From positions 862,697 through 926,696 of the forward strand of contig CBDDDJ010000002.1 of the NCBI GenBank assembly GCA_965226475.1: a stretch of 64,000 nt of DNA. Reading direction: 5' to 3'. A program made the position numbers and the translations under genes. The DNA is from Alphaproteobacteria bacterium. Its GTDB lineage: Bacteria > Pseudomonadota > Alphaproteobacteria > GCA-2731375. Under the pieces are notes generated by a model. It saw only the letters and a program-made list of their open reading frames with translations, ran no database searches and was not told where the DNA came from. This document shows positions 42,107 through 53,870 of this stretch, piece by piece; within the stretch, counting starts at the first letter, position 1, and each line of letters opens with the position of its first letter.

Positions 42107-43549
42107 TCACGAAAGCAGGCGCCAAAAGGCGCTCTTGCGGCCATGCGCGTCGCGCAGTCGAGCCGCGTAGGCCTCGTGGGACTCGAAATTCCCGAAGTCC
42201 TCGATTCCCCCAGCGAGACTCTCGCACGCCATCAGATGTCGGGCGGCATGTCGGTAGCGGGTCGAGCGGGCCTTGCTCAACGTGAAGTCGATCATCGACC
42301 TGAAGAGAAGGGTGGCGGCCAACGGATGCCCGGCGGCAAGCGTTTCGGCGGCCGGCCGCAAAAACTCGTAGTGGTCGCCATTCAATTCGTCCGCCCGGGC
42401 GGTCACGAGGCGCGCCGCCCGGTCCAGCGCGGGCCATTCGATCAGGAACATCAGCGCGTGCGGGACGCGTTCCGATCCCGCCACGTGATCGAGCGCGCGC
42501 TCTTCCGCCTCGACATCGTCGAAATCCGCGAGCCGTTTCAGGTATTCGCGCAGGTGCGAGGCCGAGAGCGCGTCCTCGAAGACTTCCAGGCGGGTCGCTT
42601 GCGCCTCCTCCGTCCGCCCGAGGGCGTCGAGGGTCTCGATCCGGGCATCGTCCCATTCGATGTCGAGCCAGTGCCATTCTCGCCGCGGGCGATCTGCCTC
42701 CTCCAGCCGCCGCCACGCCTCTTCGGCGCGACCCGCCGCGAGCAGCCGACTGGCGATCTCCGCCGCGATTTTGGGGACCTTCCGCGCCGCCTCGTCGTAC
42801 TGCGACATGAAGGCGTCGACATCGCCCTGGGCGTCGGCGATGTCCTTCAGGGCGGACCGTACAATCATCTCGCGCGAGAGTTCCGCGACTTCGTCGGCGT
42901 AGATCGGAGCCCTCGAAGACCAGCCGACGACCTCTCTCTCCTGTTCTGGCGGCGTCGGGACCCGGCGCTCGGAGAGGGCGGCGATCCGCTCTTTCAAGTG
43001 CGCCAATCCGACCTCGCCCAAGGCCGGCGCGAGGTCGGCGATCAGTCCGTCGTATTGGCCGAAGCCGTTATCGGTGAGCGCCAGGAAGGCCCTGTCGGCG
43101 AGCGTGACGGGATCCGCTCGGGCCGCCGTCGCGATGGCGCCGAGTTCGCCGGTGGCCGAACGGAAGACGTGGCCGAATTTCCCATTGCTGTCGTCCACGC
43201 GCCCCAAGGTCACATCCGCCAGTTCCATGTAGCGCCACATGAGGTCGAGCGCGACGGCGGGGTCCGATTTCGCGACTCCGTCGACAATCGCGCGGCGTTG
43301 CGCATACAGGTCGTCGATGAGTCCGCGCGCCTTGCGCCAATCGACGAAGCCGCGCGCGCCGGCGAGGGAGGCGAGCCGCTTGCGGACCTCGCGCGCGACC
43401 TCCCCCGCCCCTTGCGCGCCGGCCAGTTCCAGGCGCAGCCGGCGCTTGGCCGCCGCGTCGCCGCCCGCTATTTCCAGCAGCAACTCGGCCAGGCGCTCCG
43501 CGCCGAGCGCCTCGAGATTCTTCGCGTTGAGGGTTTTCTTGGACGCCAT
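42107..43549 (-). CDS. Conserved helical hypothetical protein (DUF6880-like)
   Basis: MASKKTLNAKNLEALGAERLAELL, DDSNG, RYRHAARHL, HGRKSAFW recognised as typical of this family. Confidence 0.7.
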   Translation of the reverse strand: MASKKTLNAKNLEALGAERLAELLLEIAGGDAAAKRRLRLELAGAQGAGEVAREVRKRLASLAGARGFVDWRKARGLIDDLYAQRRAIVDGVAKSDPAVALDLMWRYMELADVTLGRVDDSNGKFGHVFRSATGELGAIATAARADPVTLADRAFLALTDNGFGQYDGLIADLAPALGEVGLAHLKERIAALSERRVPTPPEQEREVVGWSSRAPIYADEVAELSREMIVRSALKDIADAQGDVDAFMSQYDEAARKVPKIAAEIASRLLAAGRAEEAWRRLEEADRPRREWHWLDIEWDDARIETLDALGRTEEAQATRLEVFEDALSASHLREYLKRLADFDDVEAEERALDHVAGSERVPHALMFLIEWPALDRAARLVTARADELNGDHYEFLRPAAETLAAGHPLAATLLFRSMIDFTLSKARSTRYRHAARHLMACESLAGGIEDFGNFESHEAYAARLRDAHGRKSAFWRLLS

Positions 43550-43571
43550 CGGCCGTGCCGATACAAACGCC

Positions 43572-45712
<2,141 letters not shown>

Positions 45713-45716
<4 letters not shown>

Positions 45717-45994
45717 CGAAAAATCCTCCGTGGCCGCCCCGCATTATAGCGCAATCGCGGCGGCTCAGGCGTTGGGCTGGCGAAGGCCGCTTCCATCTCG
45801 CGGCGGATGCGGAGCGCCGGGTCGGCCTCGTCGAGAGCGGCGTCGGACCAGGTAAGGAGTTCTCCCTTCTTGATATCGCGAGTCAGCGGGCCGTCGCTCG
45901 CCAGGCCCAGCGGCAGGCCGCCGATCTCGAGCGATTTCGCGGCCGGCACCTGCTTGCTCCAGACGAGGTAGCCGCCCTCGCCGTCCAGAATCTC
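45713..45994 (-). pseudogene. 3' remnant of an NAD(P)-dependent oxidoreductase with a C-terminal SAF domain
   Basis: EILDGEGGYLVWSKQ...LPLGLA...LTRDIKKGELLTWSD; homology stops abruptly at ~45995. Confidence 0.75.
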
Positions 45995-46088
45995 AACAGC
46001 CGTAGTCGACCTTCTCTAATTCTGAGTCGGACCCGATTTCCTTGGACACAGAATTGGTTTAATCGAAGTGTCCAAGGAGGACCGGAAC

Positions 46089-46499
46089 ATGACCGACAAT
46101 TTTGAAAACAAAGTTGCTGTTGATGGGCCTGTGGTAAACGAGGGCGAGCTTGGCTCGTCCACGTTTTCCCCGGGCCAGGTTTCGCCGGCAGGCCCGCTGG
46201 GACTTGGCCAGCGGTGGACGGTGACGCGCAAGCGTGAGGTTGCCCTGCGGCTTTTGCGTGGCGAGCCGGTGGAACTTTTGTCGCGGCAGTTGGGCGTGGA
46301 GATTTTCCGGCTCGAGCAGTGGCGTGAGAAGGCGATCGCCGGGATCGATGCCTCGCTCAAGGAACGCAAGGGCGATCCGGTAAAGGCGGAACTGGACATC
46401 GCCATGAAGCGGATCGGGGAGTTGATCATGCAGGTGGAACTGCTGGAGGCCAAGACGGAGACGTCCGGCCCTTTGGGGCGGCGGAGGTCGCGGCGATGA
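46089..46499 (+). CDS. IS3-family OrfA (HTH)
   Basis: RWTVTRKREVALRLLRGE...LSRQLGV; overlaps orfB by ATGA. Confidence 0.8.
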   Translation: MTDNFENKVAVDGPVVNEGELGSSTFSPGQVSPAGPLGLGQRWTVTRKREVALRLLRGEPVELLSRQLGVEIFRLEQWREKAIAGIDASLKERKGDPVKAELDIAMKRIGELIMQVELLEAKTETSGPLGRRRSRR

Positions 46500-47407
46500 G
46501 TGCCGCCACCTCTCCCGGCACGGGTTTGGCCTACGGCCTCCAGCGGGTCTGTGCGGCCTGGGGTTTTGCCCGTTCCTCGTTCTACGCCATGAAATCCCGG
46601 CAGCAGGCCACCGCTGAGCGCCCACCAGCAAAGCGCCGGGGACCGAAGCCCTCGATCTCGGACGAGGCTCTGCTGGTGGCCATCGAGGCCGACCTGGAGG
46701 CATCCCCCTGGGAGGGCGAGGGACACCGCAAGGTCTGGGCTCGGCTTCGGGTCTGTCGTGGCATCCGTGTTTCCCGCAAGCGGGTGCTCCGGGTGATGCG
46801 CGAGAACAACCTGCTCTCGCCCCATCGCTGCCGCCGCCGTGGCGGAAATCCCCATGTCGGTGAGATCATCACCCATGCCCCCAACCTCATGTGGGGCACG
46901 GACGGCGTTCGGGTGTTCACGGTGGACGACGGCTGGGGCTGGATATTCACCGCCATCGAGCATTGGAACGCCGAGTGCGTCGGCTGGCATGTGTGCAAGC
47001 GAGGCGACCGCTTCGCCGCCCTTCAGCCGATCTCCATGGGGCTTGCGAGGCTGTATGCCTCGACCTCCGCCGGTGCGGCGCGGGGGCTGGCCTTGCGGAT
47101 GGATCACGGCTCCCAGTATCTGTCGGACCACTTCACCAACCAGATCAAGTTCTGGGGCATCCAGCCGTCCTACGCCTTCGTCGAACAGCCCCAGACCAAC
47201 GGCGTCGCCGAGAGGTTCAATCGCACGCTCAAGGAACAGATCATCCATGGCCGCATCTACCGCAACATCGCGGAGCTGCGGAACGCCGTCCGCGGGTTCG
47301 TCGAACTCTACAATGCCCAGTGGATCGTGGAGAAGAACGGCTACCTGAGCCCCGCTCAAGCTCGTCAGGCGTGGCACACCGCGATGTCACTCAGGCCCGC
47401 CGCATGA
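46496..47407 (+). CDS. IS3-family OrfB DDE transposase
   Basis: WGTDG, RMDHGSQY, NGVAERFNRTLKE. Confidence 0.9.
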   Translation: MSAATSPGTGLAYGLQRVCAAWGFARSSFYAMKSRQQATAERPPAKRRGPKPSISDEALLVAIEADLEASPWEGEGHRKVWARLRVCRGIRVSRKRVLRVMRENNLLSPHRCRRRGGNPHVGEIITHAPNLMWGTDGVRVFTVDDGWGWIFTAIEHWNAECVGWHVCKRGDRFAALQPISMGLARLYASTSAGAARGLALRMDHGSQYLSDHFTNQIKFWGIQPSYAFVEQPQTNGVAERFNRTLKEQIIHGRIYRNIAELRNAVRGFVELYNAQWIVEKNGYLSPAQARQAWHTAMSLRPAA

Positions 47408-47481
47408 GACAAACTTGTGTCCAAGGAACCGGGTGCGCTACATCCCGAGCTTTGCGCAACTTCGTCGTTTATTATACTCAT

Positions 47482-48714
47482 ATGGCTTATTCCTTTGCTT
47501 CCGGTCACACCAGATGTTGATCGGCCTTCTACGTTCCAGGCACGGTTTTCGGACCGTGCCGGGGGATGTGCGGGAGCTTTTGGACTTGAGGAAGTTGGTT
47601 TCGAGTGCTGTCAGGCAGACTGGAGGGCCGGTATTCGGCTCCGATTGAGGCGGATCGGAGGGCGGGCGATGGCTGGCGCCCGGCCTGCCGGGATCAGACG
47701 TGTTGTCCGACGATGTCGCGGTAGTCGGCGGGTCGCAGGCGCGTGCCGATGCCGAGCAGGGTATCGAAAGCCGTTGCGGTGTGGCGGCGGCGGTTCCAGC
47801 GGAACACGAACTCGTCGAGGTAGCGGCGCAGATGGGCGCGGCGCAGGCCATGGAAGGTTCCGAGCGCCCAGCGCTTCAGGTTCGAGAACACACGATGGAT
47901 CCACGTCAGCACGAGATGGGCGGGCGTTGCACCGACGACCTTGGGCTGGTGGTCGTGGTCGGGCAGGCCGCAATAACCGCTCCAGCCATCGGTAATCACC
48001 CGCGCGCCCGGCGCCGAGGTTCCGGCAACGAAGGCACGAAGGCTGCGCGCGGAGAAATCCCCGATCGGCGCCAGCCGGATGCGGCGTGGCTCGCCCTCGG
48101 GCGATAGCTCGACCGCGCCGGCAATGCGCATCTTGCCTTGTGGGCTGCGACCTTGCCCGCCTGTGGCCGGGTCTTTTGCGGTGCGGAACGGGAGGGTGGC
48201 CTCATCAATCTCGATCAGGTCCTCAAGCAGGCTGCGATCCGGATTGACCATGGCACGGCGCAGCTTGTGCAGCAGGAGCCAGGCACTCTTGTAACTGCCG
48301 AGCCCGAGCTGGGCCTGGAGTTGCAGGGCGGAGATACCATTCGAGTGGCTGGTCACGATGTGAACGGCCATGAACCAGGTCTTCAGGGGCAAGTGGCTGC
48401 GGTGCATGATCGTGCCTGCGGTCACCGAGGTCTCCTTCCCGCAGGCCGCACATTCCCAGCTCGCCCGGCGCCGCTTCAGTTCCCAGCCCCTGTCATGGCC
48501 GCAGGCGGGGCAGACGAAGCCGTCGGGCCAGCGCCTGGCGGCGAGATGCCGGGCACAGGAGGCTTCATCGGGAAAGCGCGCCTCGAAGGCGGCGCGGGAC
48601 ATGGGGCGGTCATATTTCCAGCGGCTGGCCATGACGGAACATTACACGAACATGCTGCCGACGCCCACCAGAAACTCAACATCTCGTCAAACCGGGCTCA
48701 AAGGGATAAGCCCT
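47482..48714 (-). mobile_element. IS1595-family element type B, copy 1 (1233 bp, no TSD)
   Basis: Ends ATGGCTTATTCCTTTG and CAAAGGGATAAGCCCT; near-identical to 59630-60862; flanks ATACTCAT and TAACATGA do not match. Confidence 0.92.
47694..48632 (-). CDS. IS1595-family transposase (ISSod11-like, DD-H)
   Basis: RWPDGFVCPAC...CAAC, IEIDE, ITDGW, HRVFSNLKRW, YLDEFVFRWNRR. Confidence 0.93.
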   Translation of the reverse strand: MASRWKYDRPMSRAAFEARFPDEASCARHLAARRWPDGFVCPACGHDRGWELKRRRASWECAACGKETSVTAGTIMHRSHLPLKTWFMAVHIVTSHSNGISALQLQAQLGLGSYKSAWLLLHKLRRAMVNPDRSLLEDLIEIDEATLPFRTAKDPATGGQGRSPQGKMRIAGAVELSPEGEPRRIRLAPIGDFSARSLRAFVAGTSAPGARVITDGWSGYCGLPDHDHQPKVVGATPAHLVLTWIHRVFSNLKRWALGTFHGLRRAHLRRYLDEFVFRWNRRRHTATAFDTLLGIGTRLRPADYRDIVGQHV

Positions 48715-48718
48715 TAAC

Positions 48719-48970
48719 ATGATTAAGCAATTAAGTGTCGCTTTGGAGAAATGGCCCGTGCGGTTGACGCATGACCAAAGGAAGGAAATTTTTGAAGCAT
48801 TGGATTGGTATAAAATTGACAGTTTGCATGCTACGAAGAATGAACTTGGAGAAGTCACGTTTGGGGAATTACCTGAAGGAAGGTGGCCAACTAATGAAAT
48901 GCGCTCAGAATTTGCGGAAGATAAATTCAGTCGACTCAAATCTATTAAGTGGTTGTGTCTAAGAGATTAG
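48719..48970 (+). pseudogene. AT-rich ORF fragment, probably the 3' end of an accessory gene truncated by the IS
   Basis: Visibly low-GC segment beginning at the IS end; 83-aa open frame of unknown function. Confidence 0.45.
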
Positions 48971-49020
48971 GTCGGGCTAGACTTCCTAGAATTATACGCA
49001 ATCGGTGAAAACATACTGCT

Positions 49021-50517
49021 ATGAAGGCGTTGTTTGACCACATAGAGGGATTGTACATCACTCAAGGCCGTCTCTCCGGACAGGCGTTCGTGGTCCTCCC
49101 TTGGCAACGGCAGTTTGTGCGTGGCGCCTTTGCGCAGGATGTTCAGTCGGCGGCTTTGAGCGTGGCCCGTGGCAATGGCAAGACGGCGTTGTTGAGCGGC
49201 ATTGCCGCCGCCACACTAGACGGCCCGCTTGCGGTTTCGAGGGGAGAAACCGTGATCGTGGCTTCCAGCTTCGAGCAAGCACGGATCGCCTTCGAGCATG
49301 TAACAGCGTTCATGGATGCCAAGCTGAGGGACAAGCGGCGGTGGCGGGTGTGGGACAGTGCGAACATGGCGCGAGTGGAGTGCCTGCTAACCGGCGCACG
49401 GGTCAGGTGCATCGGCTCCGACCCGCGCCGGGCGCACGGGCTGGCGCCGGTGCTGGTGCTGGCGGACGAGCCGGCACAGTGGCCGGAGACCACGGGCGAG
49501 CGCATGGTCGCGGCGCTGCGCACGGCGGCGGGCAAACAACCGCACTCGCGCTTTGTGGCGCTGGGCACCCGGCCCGCTGATGCCGAATACTGGTTCGCGA
49601 AGATGCTGGCGGGCGGCGCGGACTATGCCCAAAGCCACGCGGCGCGCGCCGACGATCCCCCCTTCCGAAAGCGGACCTGGGCGAAGGCGAATCCCTCCCT
49701 CGCGCATATGCCGGATCTGGAGTCGGCGATCCGCACCGAGGCGCGGCAAGCCCGCCAGGACCCGGCCTTGCTTGCCAGTTTCGAGGCGTTGCGGCTCAAT
49801 CTCGGCACCGAGGACGCGGCGGTTTCAACGCTGCTGGACGCGGGCTTGTGGCGAGCGATCGAAGGCGTTGCCGAGCTGGACGGGCCGGCGGTTTGGGGTG
49901 TCGATTTGGGAACGAGTGCGGCACAGTCCGCGGTGGCCTGCTATCACCCTCAGACGGGCGCGCTGGCGTCCCTGGCGGCCTTCCCCGCGGAGCCGACCCT
50001 TGCCGAGCGGGGCCTGCGGGATGGCGTCGGCGGGCTCTATGCCGAGTGCGCGGGGCGCGGCGAGCTGCTCACCCTGGGGCGGCATACCGTTGATGTGCGG
50101 GCGTTGATGCAAGCGGCGCTAGATCGATTCGGTCGGCCCGCTCGGATCGTTGCCGATCGCTGGCGCGAGGCCGATCTGCGCGAGGCGCTGGACGCGGCCG
50201 GGGTGCCGATGGCGGCGCTTGAATTTCGCGGGATGGGATACCGCGATGGCGCCGAAGATGTCCGCCAGTTCCGCCGGGCCTGCGCGGATCGCCGGGTCAC
50301 GCCGGCACCGTCCCTGCTCTTGCGCTCGGCGATGGCTGAGGCAAGGACGGTCTCCGATCCAGCCGGCAATCACAAACTCAGCAAGGGCTCACAAGGCGGG
50401 CGCCGGGTCCGGGCCCGCGACGATGCCGCGGCGGCGGCAATCCTGGCGGTCTCGGCTGGTGTGCGCGCGCCGGTGGCGCCGGTGCGCCGGTGGCGTTATC
50501 GAGGAATGGCAGGGTGA
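49021..50517 (+). CDS. Phage terminase large subunit
   Basis: LPWQ, Walker A VARGNGKT, Walker B VLVLADE, WAKANPSL, nuclease GVDLG, DRWR, DPAGNHK, RDDAAAA. Confidence 0.9.
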   Translation: MKALFDHIEGLYITQGRLSGQAFVVLPWQRQFVRGAFAQDVQSAALSVARGNGKTALLSGIAAATLDGPLAVSRGETVIVASSFEQARIAFEHVTAFMDAKLRDKRRWRVWDSANMARVECLLTGARVRCIGSDPRRAHGLAPVLVLADEPAQWPETTGERMVAALRTAAGKQPHSRFVALGTRPADAEYWFAKMLAGGADYAQSHAARADDPPFRKRTWAKANPSLAHMPDLESAIRTEARQARQDPALLASFEALRLNLGTEDAAVSTLLDAGLWRAIEGVAELDGPAVWGVDLGTSAAQSAVACYHPQTGALASLAAFPAEPTLAERGLRDGVGGLYAECAGRGELLTLGRHTVDVRALMQAALDRFGRPARIVADRWREADLREALDAAGVPMAALEFRGMGYRDGAEDVRQFRRACADRRVTPAPSLLLRSAMAEARTVSDPAGNHKLSKGSQGGRRVRARDDAAAAAILAVSAGVRAPVAPVRRWRYRGMAG

Positions 50518-50606
50518 GAGGGTGCCGGCGATCGGGCGCGTATCGAATGGAGCATGAAGCTCGGCCGCTTCGTGGCCGTCACGCCGACGAGCACCACTAT
50601 AGCAGG

Positions 50607-50635
50607 TTGACACGCCGGCACTAGGGCGATAAGTT
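50607..50635 (+). promoter_or_regulatory. Putative sigma70 promoter
   Basis: TTGACA-17 bp-TAAGTT upstream of the 61-aa ORF. Confidence 0.6.
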
Positions 50636-50707
50636 GAGGCGTTCATGGCACGGAACAACGCGGCAGGCACGGATGTAACCGTCCACCGTTAGAGAGAGAG
50701 AAAGACC

Positions 50708-50893
50708 ATGACTTACCACACCCTGAAGGCGAGGGCCGATAGGATCGGCTTGTCCCTGCGGAAGAGCGGCGACCGCTACTCCGTCACCCATGTCGACTCC
50801 GGGGGCGCGGTGCATCCGCATTGCCCCGCGACCGGTTCGCCTTTCGTCCTCACTTTGAACGAGGCTACGGAGATCGTTGTCGAGATGACGTAG
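50708..50893 (+). CDS. Small hypothetical protein
   Basis: Purine-rich RBS, own promoter, 61 aa. Confidence 0.55.
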   Translation: MTYHTLKARADRIGLSLRKSGDRYSVTHVDSGGAVHPHCPATGSPFVLTLNEATEIVVEMT

Positions 50894-50906
50894 TAGCTTT
50901 CCGGGG

Positions 50907-51197
50907 ATGAGCCGGCACCACGTTCGGCTGCACTGGCGCCGATGGTATGCGACCCGTCGAACTGTATTTCGGCGGGACGCATACCGGTGCCGCTCTTGTG
51001 GCAAGGCCGGGCGCATGGAGTGCGACCACGTCATCCCGCTGCATGTGGACCCTGCGCAAAACCCCTACGACCCGGACGGCTGTCAGGCCCTTTGTCGCGG
51101 CTGTCATGTCGAGAAAACCCGGCATGAAAACCGCCGCGAGCCTACGCCTGCCGAGGCCGCATGGCGCGAGCTGGTCGCGGAGATGGCCGGCGAGTGA
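50907..51197 (+). CDS. HNH endonuclease (packaging-associated)
   Basis: RDAYRCRSCG...ECDHVIPL...CQALCRGCHVEKT. Confidence 0.88.
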   Translation: MSRHHVRLHWRRWYATRRTVFRRDAYRCRSCGKAGRMECDHVIPLHVDPAQNPYDPDGCQALCRGCHVEKTRHENRREPTPAEAAWRELVAEMAGE

Positions 51198-51230
51198 CGA
51201 TATTGCGCCGGGCCGCGTAATACCGAGAAA

Positions 51231-51263
51231 TATCAGTGGCTTAGCCTCTAAAATTTGTTGACA
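51231..51263 (+). promoter_or_regulatory. IHF-consensus site and -35 box upstream of the capsid gene
   Basis: TATCAGTGGCTTA matches WATCARNNNNTTR; TTGACA at 51258-51263. Confidence 0.45.
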
Positions 51264-51318
51264 TCGCAGCCGGTTCTCTCCCTGATGGACATGATTTGTT
51301 CTTTCCGGGAGTGCCCAA

Positions 51319-52605
51319 ATGACCGATGCCCAACGCCGTCTCCGCGAGCTTCGCGACCGCCAGTCCAAAGAACGCGGCACAATGGCCGAGCTGAGCCGCG
51401 TCGACTCGCTCACGGATGAACAGCGCAGCGAACTCGACACCATCGAGTCTGGCGTCCCGGATTTGGAGCGCCAAATCCGGGCGGCGATGGTCGGGCTCGA
51501 GGAGGAGGAGCGCGCGGCCGAGACCAAGGAAACCGCTTCGCCGGACGCCGAAATGCGCGAGAGACTGGCGTTGCGCGGCAAGGCGCAGCTCACCAATTTC
51601 CTGCTGGCGGCGGCGCGCGGCCGCATCGTCGATGGGGCTGAGGCCGAGCTTTGCGCGGCGGCGGGCGTCCAGGGAATCCCCCTCGAACTGTGGGACCTGC
51701 CGCGCCCGGCCGAACAGCGCGACATCACCCCGGCGCCCGGAACGGTCGGAATCAATCTCGACCCGATCCGCCCCGCCGTGTTCGCCAACTCCATCGCGCC
51801 GCGTCTCGGGGTTCAAATGCCGCGCGTCATGTCCGGCACCTATGCGACGGGGACGATCACGACTTCGCAGACCGCGACTCCGCTTGCCAAGAGCGCGGCG
51901 GCGGTCGGAGCGGTTGGCGCGATCAGCGTTACCACGGCGACCCCGAAACGAATCTCGGCGCGTCTGGAATTGACGCTTGAGGATATCGCGGCGGTCGGAC
52001 AGGCCAACTTCGAGTCGATCCTCCGGGAGAACCTGTCACTCGCGCTGTCGGACGAGCTGGACGATCAAGTGATCAACGGGGACGGGGCGGCGCCGAACCT
52101 GGCGGGGATCTTCGAGCGGCTTGCCAATCCGAGCGCGCCGGGCGCGACCGTCGCGGCCTTCGACGATTTCGTTACCACCTTCGCCGGCGGGATCGACGGG
52201 CTTTGGGCGAACACGATCAAAGAGGTCGCCATCGTCGCCGGCGTCGACACCTATCGACTCAGCGCCCAAACCTTCCGGGACATCGCGACCGCCGACCTGG
52301 GCGACAAGGCTTTCGCCGACTATGCGATGCAGCACTTCGGCGGATTCTGGACCAACAAGCGGATGCCGGCCAAGGCGAGCCACGTTCAGCAAGCCATCCT
52401 GTACCGCAAGGGCCGCTCGATGATGGGCGGCTCCGGGGCGATGCGCACCGCTGTCTGTCCGCATTGGAACGAGATTTCGATTGACGATATCTATTCCGGC
52501 TCCGCGAAGGGCGAGCGATATTTCACAATGCATGTCCTGCTCGGCGACGTGATTTTGGTGCAACCGAACGCCTACGCGCAGGTGGCTTTCCGAGTCTCCA
52601 CGTAG
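51319..52605 (+). CDS. Phage major capsid protein (HK97 fold, with delta-domain-like coiled coil)
   Basis: N-terminal coiled coil; ATPKRISARLELTLE; LSDELDDQVINGDG...GIF; 428 aa. Confidence 0.82.
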   Translation: MTDAQRRLRELRDRQSKERGTMAELSRVDSLTDEQRSELDTIESGVPDLERQIRAAMVGLEEEERAAETKETASPDAEMRERLALRGKAQLTNFLLAAARGRIVDGAEAELCAAAGVQGIPLELWDLPRPAEQRDITPAPGTVGINLDPIRPAVFANSIAPRLGVQMPRVMSGTYATGTITTSQTATPLAKSAAAVGAVGAISVTTATPKRISARLELTLEDIAAVGQANFESILRENLSLALSDELDDQVINGDGAAPNLAGIFERLANPSAPGATVAAFDDFVTTFAGGIDGLWANTIKEVAIVAGVDTYRLSAQTFRDIATADLGDKAFADYAMQHFGGFWTNKRMPAKASHVQQAILYRKGRSMMGGSGAMRTAVCPHWNEISIDDIYSGSAKGERYFTMHVLLGDVILVQPNAYAQVAFRVST

Positions 52606-52614
52606 GGGCTAACC

Positions 52615-53568
52615 GTGGAATTTGAGCGCCGCCTGTCCGGGCTAGAGCTTCGAGCCGAGGGCCGGCGCCTGTCCGGCGTCGTCATGAAATACGGCGACAT
52701 TTCCCTCTCGCATCGCGAACGCTTCGAATCGGGCTCGCTCCGCATGGCCGAATCGGTTCACCTGGACCTGCATCATGACGTCGAGCGCGCCATCGCCTGG
52801 CATCCCGGCGGCGGGCTCACCCTGGCCAACGGCCGCGCCGAGCTGAAAATGACGGCCGTATTGCCGCCGATCCCTGCGGCTAATCGTGCCTTGGACGAGA
52901 TCCGCGCCGGCCGCGTCGACGGTCTGAGCGTCGAATTCCGCGCCGTGAAAGAGCGGCGCGACGGCAACTTGCGGGTGATCGAAGACGCCGAGCTTCGGGG
53001 TATAGGGCTCGTCCGCAATCCCAGCTACCAGCAATCGCACGTCGAGGCGCGGCGGCGGTCGGGCCGGACCATGCGGGCTCGGATCCCGGCCGATGAGACC
53101 GTGGCCTGCGAGTGCGCCGGCCAGGACACCAGGTGGGCGCGGGTGATCCAGCCGGCGATGGAGAAAATGTGGAAGGACTCGTTTGAGGGCGGCACCAAGG
53201 CGGTGGTCGGCGCCTATCTCGAAAACTACGGGACGCCGATTGCCAGCACGGCGCGCGGCACCCTTCGGGGGCGGATCCGCGGCGTCGACGGGTACGAGGT
53301 GGACATCGACCTTCCCGATTCGGATGCGGGCCGGTCGCTGCTGGCCGCTTGGGAGGACTCCGGCTTGGTGGTCCGGCCCTTCATCGCCGATCAAACATCG
53401 GTGGTTGTGGACGGCGTGCGCGAGATAACCGGCGGCCGACTCCGGGCGCTCATACTCACCAGCTCCGACGCTCGCGAGGGCTGGCCGGAGCCGGAGATTG
53501 TCGCCACGCCGGACGAGCTGGCGAGCGCCGACGCGCCCCGGAAGCGGAGGATTCGGTTGTGGCCGTAG
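52615..53568 (+). CDS. HK97-type prohead protease with a second degenerate protease-like domain
   Basis: ELRAEGRRLSG, RERFESGS, LDLHHD, DGLSVEF, IGLVRNPSY. Confidence 0.8.
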   Translation: MEFERRLSGLELRAEGRRLSGVVMKYGDISLSHRERFESGSLRMAESVHLDLHHDVERAIAWHPGGGLTLANGRAELKMTAVLPPIPAANRALDEIRAGRVDGLSVEFRAVKERRDGNLRVIEDAELRGIGLVRNPSYQQSHVEARRRSGRTMRARIPADETVACECAGQDTRWARVIQPAMEKMWKDSFEGGTKAVVGAYLENYGTPIASTARGTLRGRIRGVDGYEVDIDLPDSDAGRSLLAAWEDSGLVVRPFIADQTSVVVDGVREITGGRLRALILTSSDAREGWPEPEIVATPDELASADAPRKRRIRLWP

Positions 53569-53870
53569 ACCTGACCGCCGCCTCGCTCGGCTTCGCGCTC
53601 GGCGTCGACGTGGCGGACGCCACGCGGCTGCTGGCCGTGGCCACGCCAACGGTGGAACGATACGCGCCGGCCGCCCCGTCCGCAGTCCAGAATGAGGCGG
53701 TGATCCGCTTCGGCGGATGGCTGAACGAATCGCCTGCCAGCGGTGCCCGGATGGAGTCGGAGGGCGATATCTCGACTTCGTTCTCCCCCGCAATGACGGG
53801 CGGTCTGAGGGCGTCCGGGGCGATGGCGCTTCTCTCGCCTTGGAAGATCCGCCGGGCGGGTGCGATATGA
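53559..53870 (+). CDS. Putative head-tail connector (gp6/gp15-like)
   Basis: Small helical protein, RLLAVAT..VERYAP.AP..VQNEAVIR...ALLSPWK; GTG start overlaps the protease stop. Confidence 0.6.
   Translation: MAVDLTAASLGFALGVDVADATRLLAVATPTVERYAPAAPSAVQNEAVIRFGGWLNESPASGARMESEGDISTSFSPAMTGGLRASGAMALLSPWKIRRAGAI

Larger units (their letters stand above)
46023..47442 (+). mobile_element. IS3-family element
   Basis: TG...CA ends; IRs TGAGTCGGACCCGATTTCCTTGGACACA and TGTAGCGCACCCGGTTCCTTGGACACA; orfA/orfB; only a 2-bp TC match in the flanks. Confidence 0.88.
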
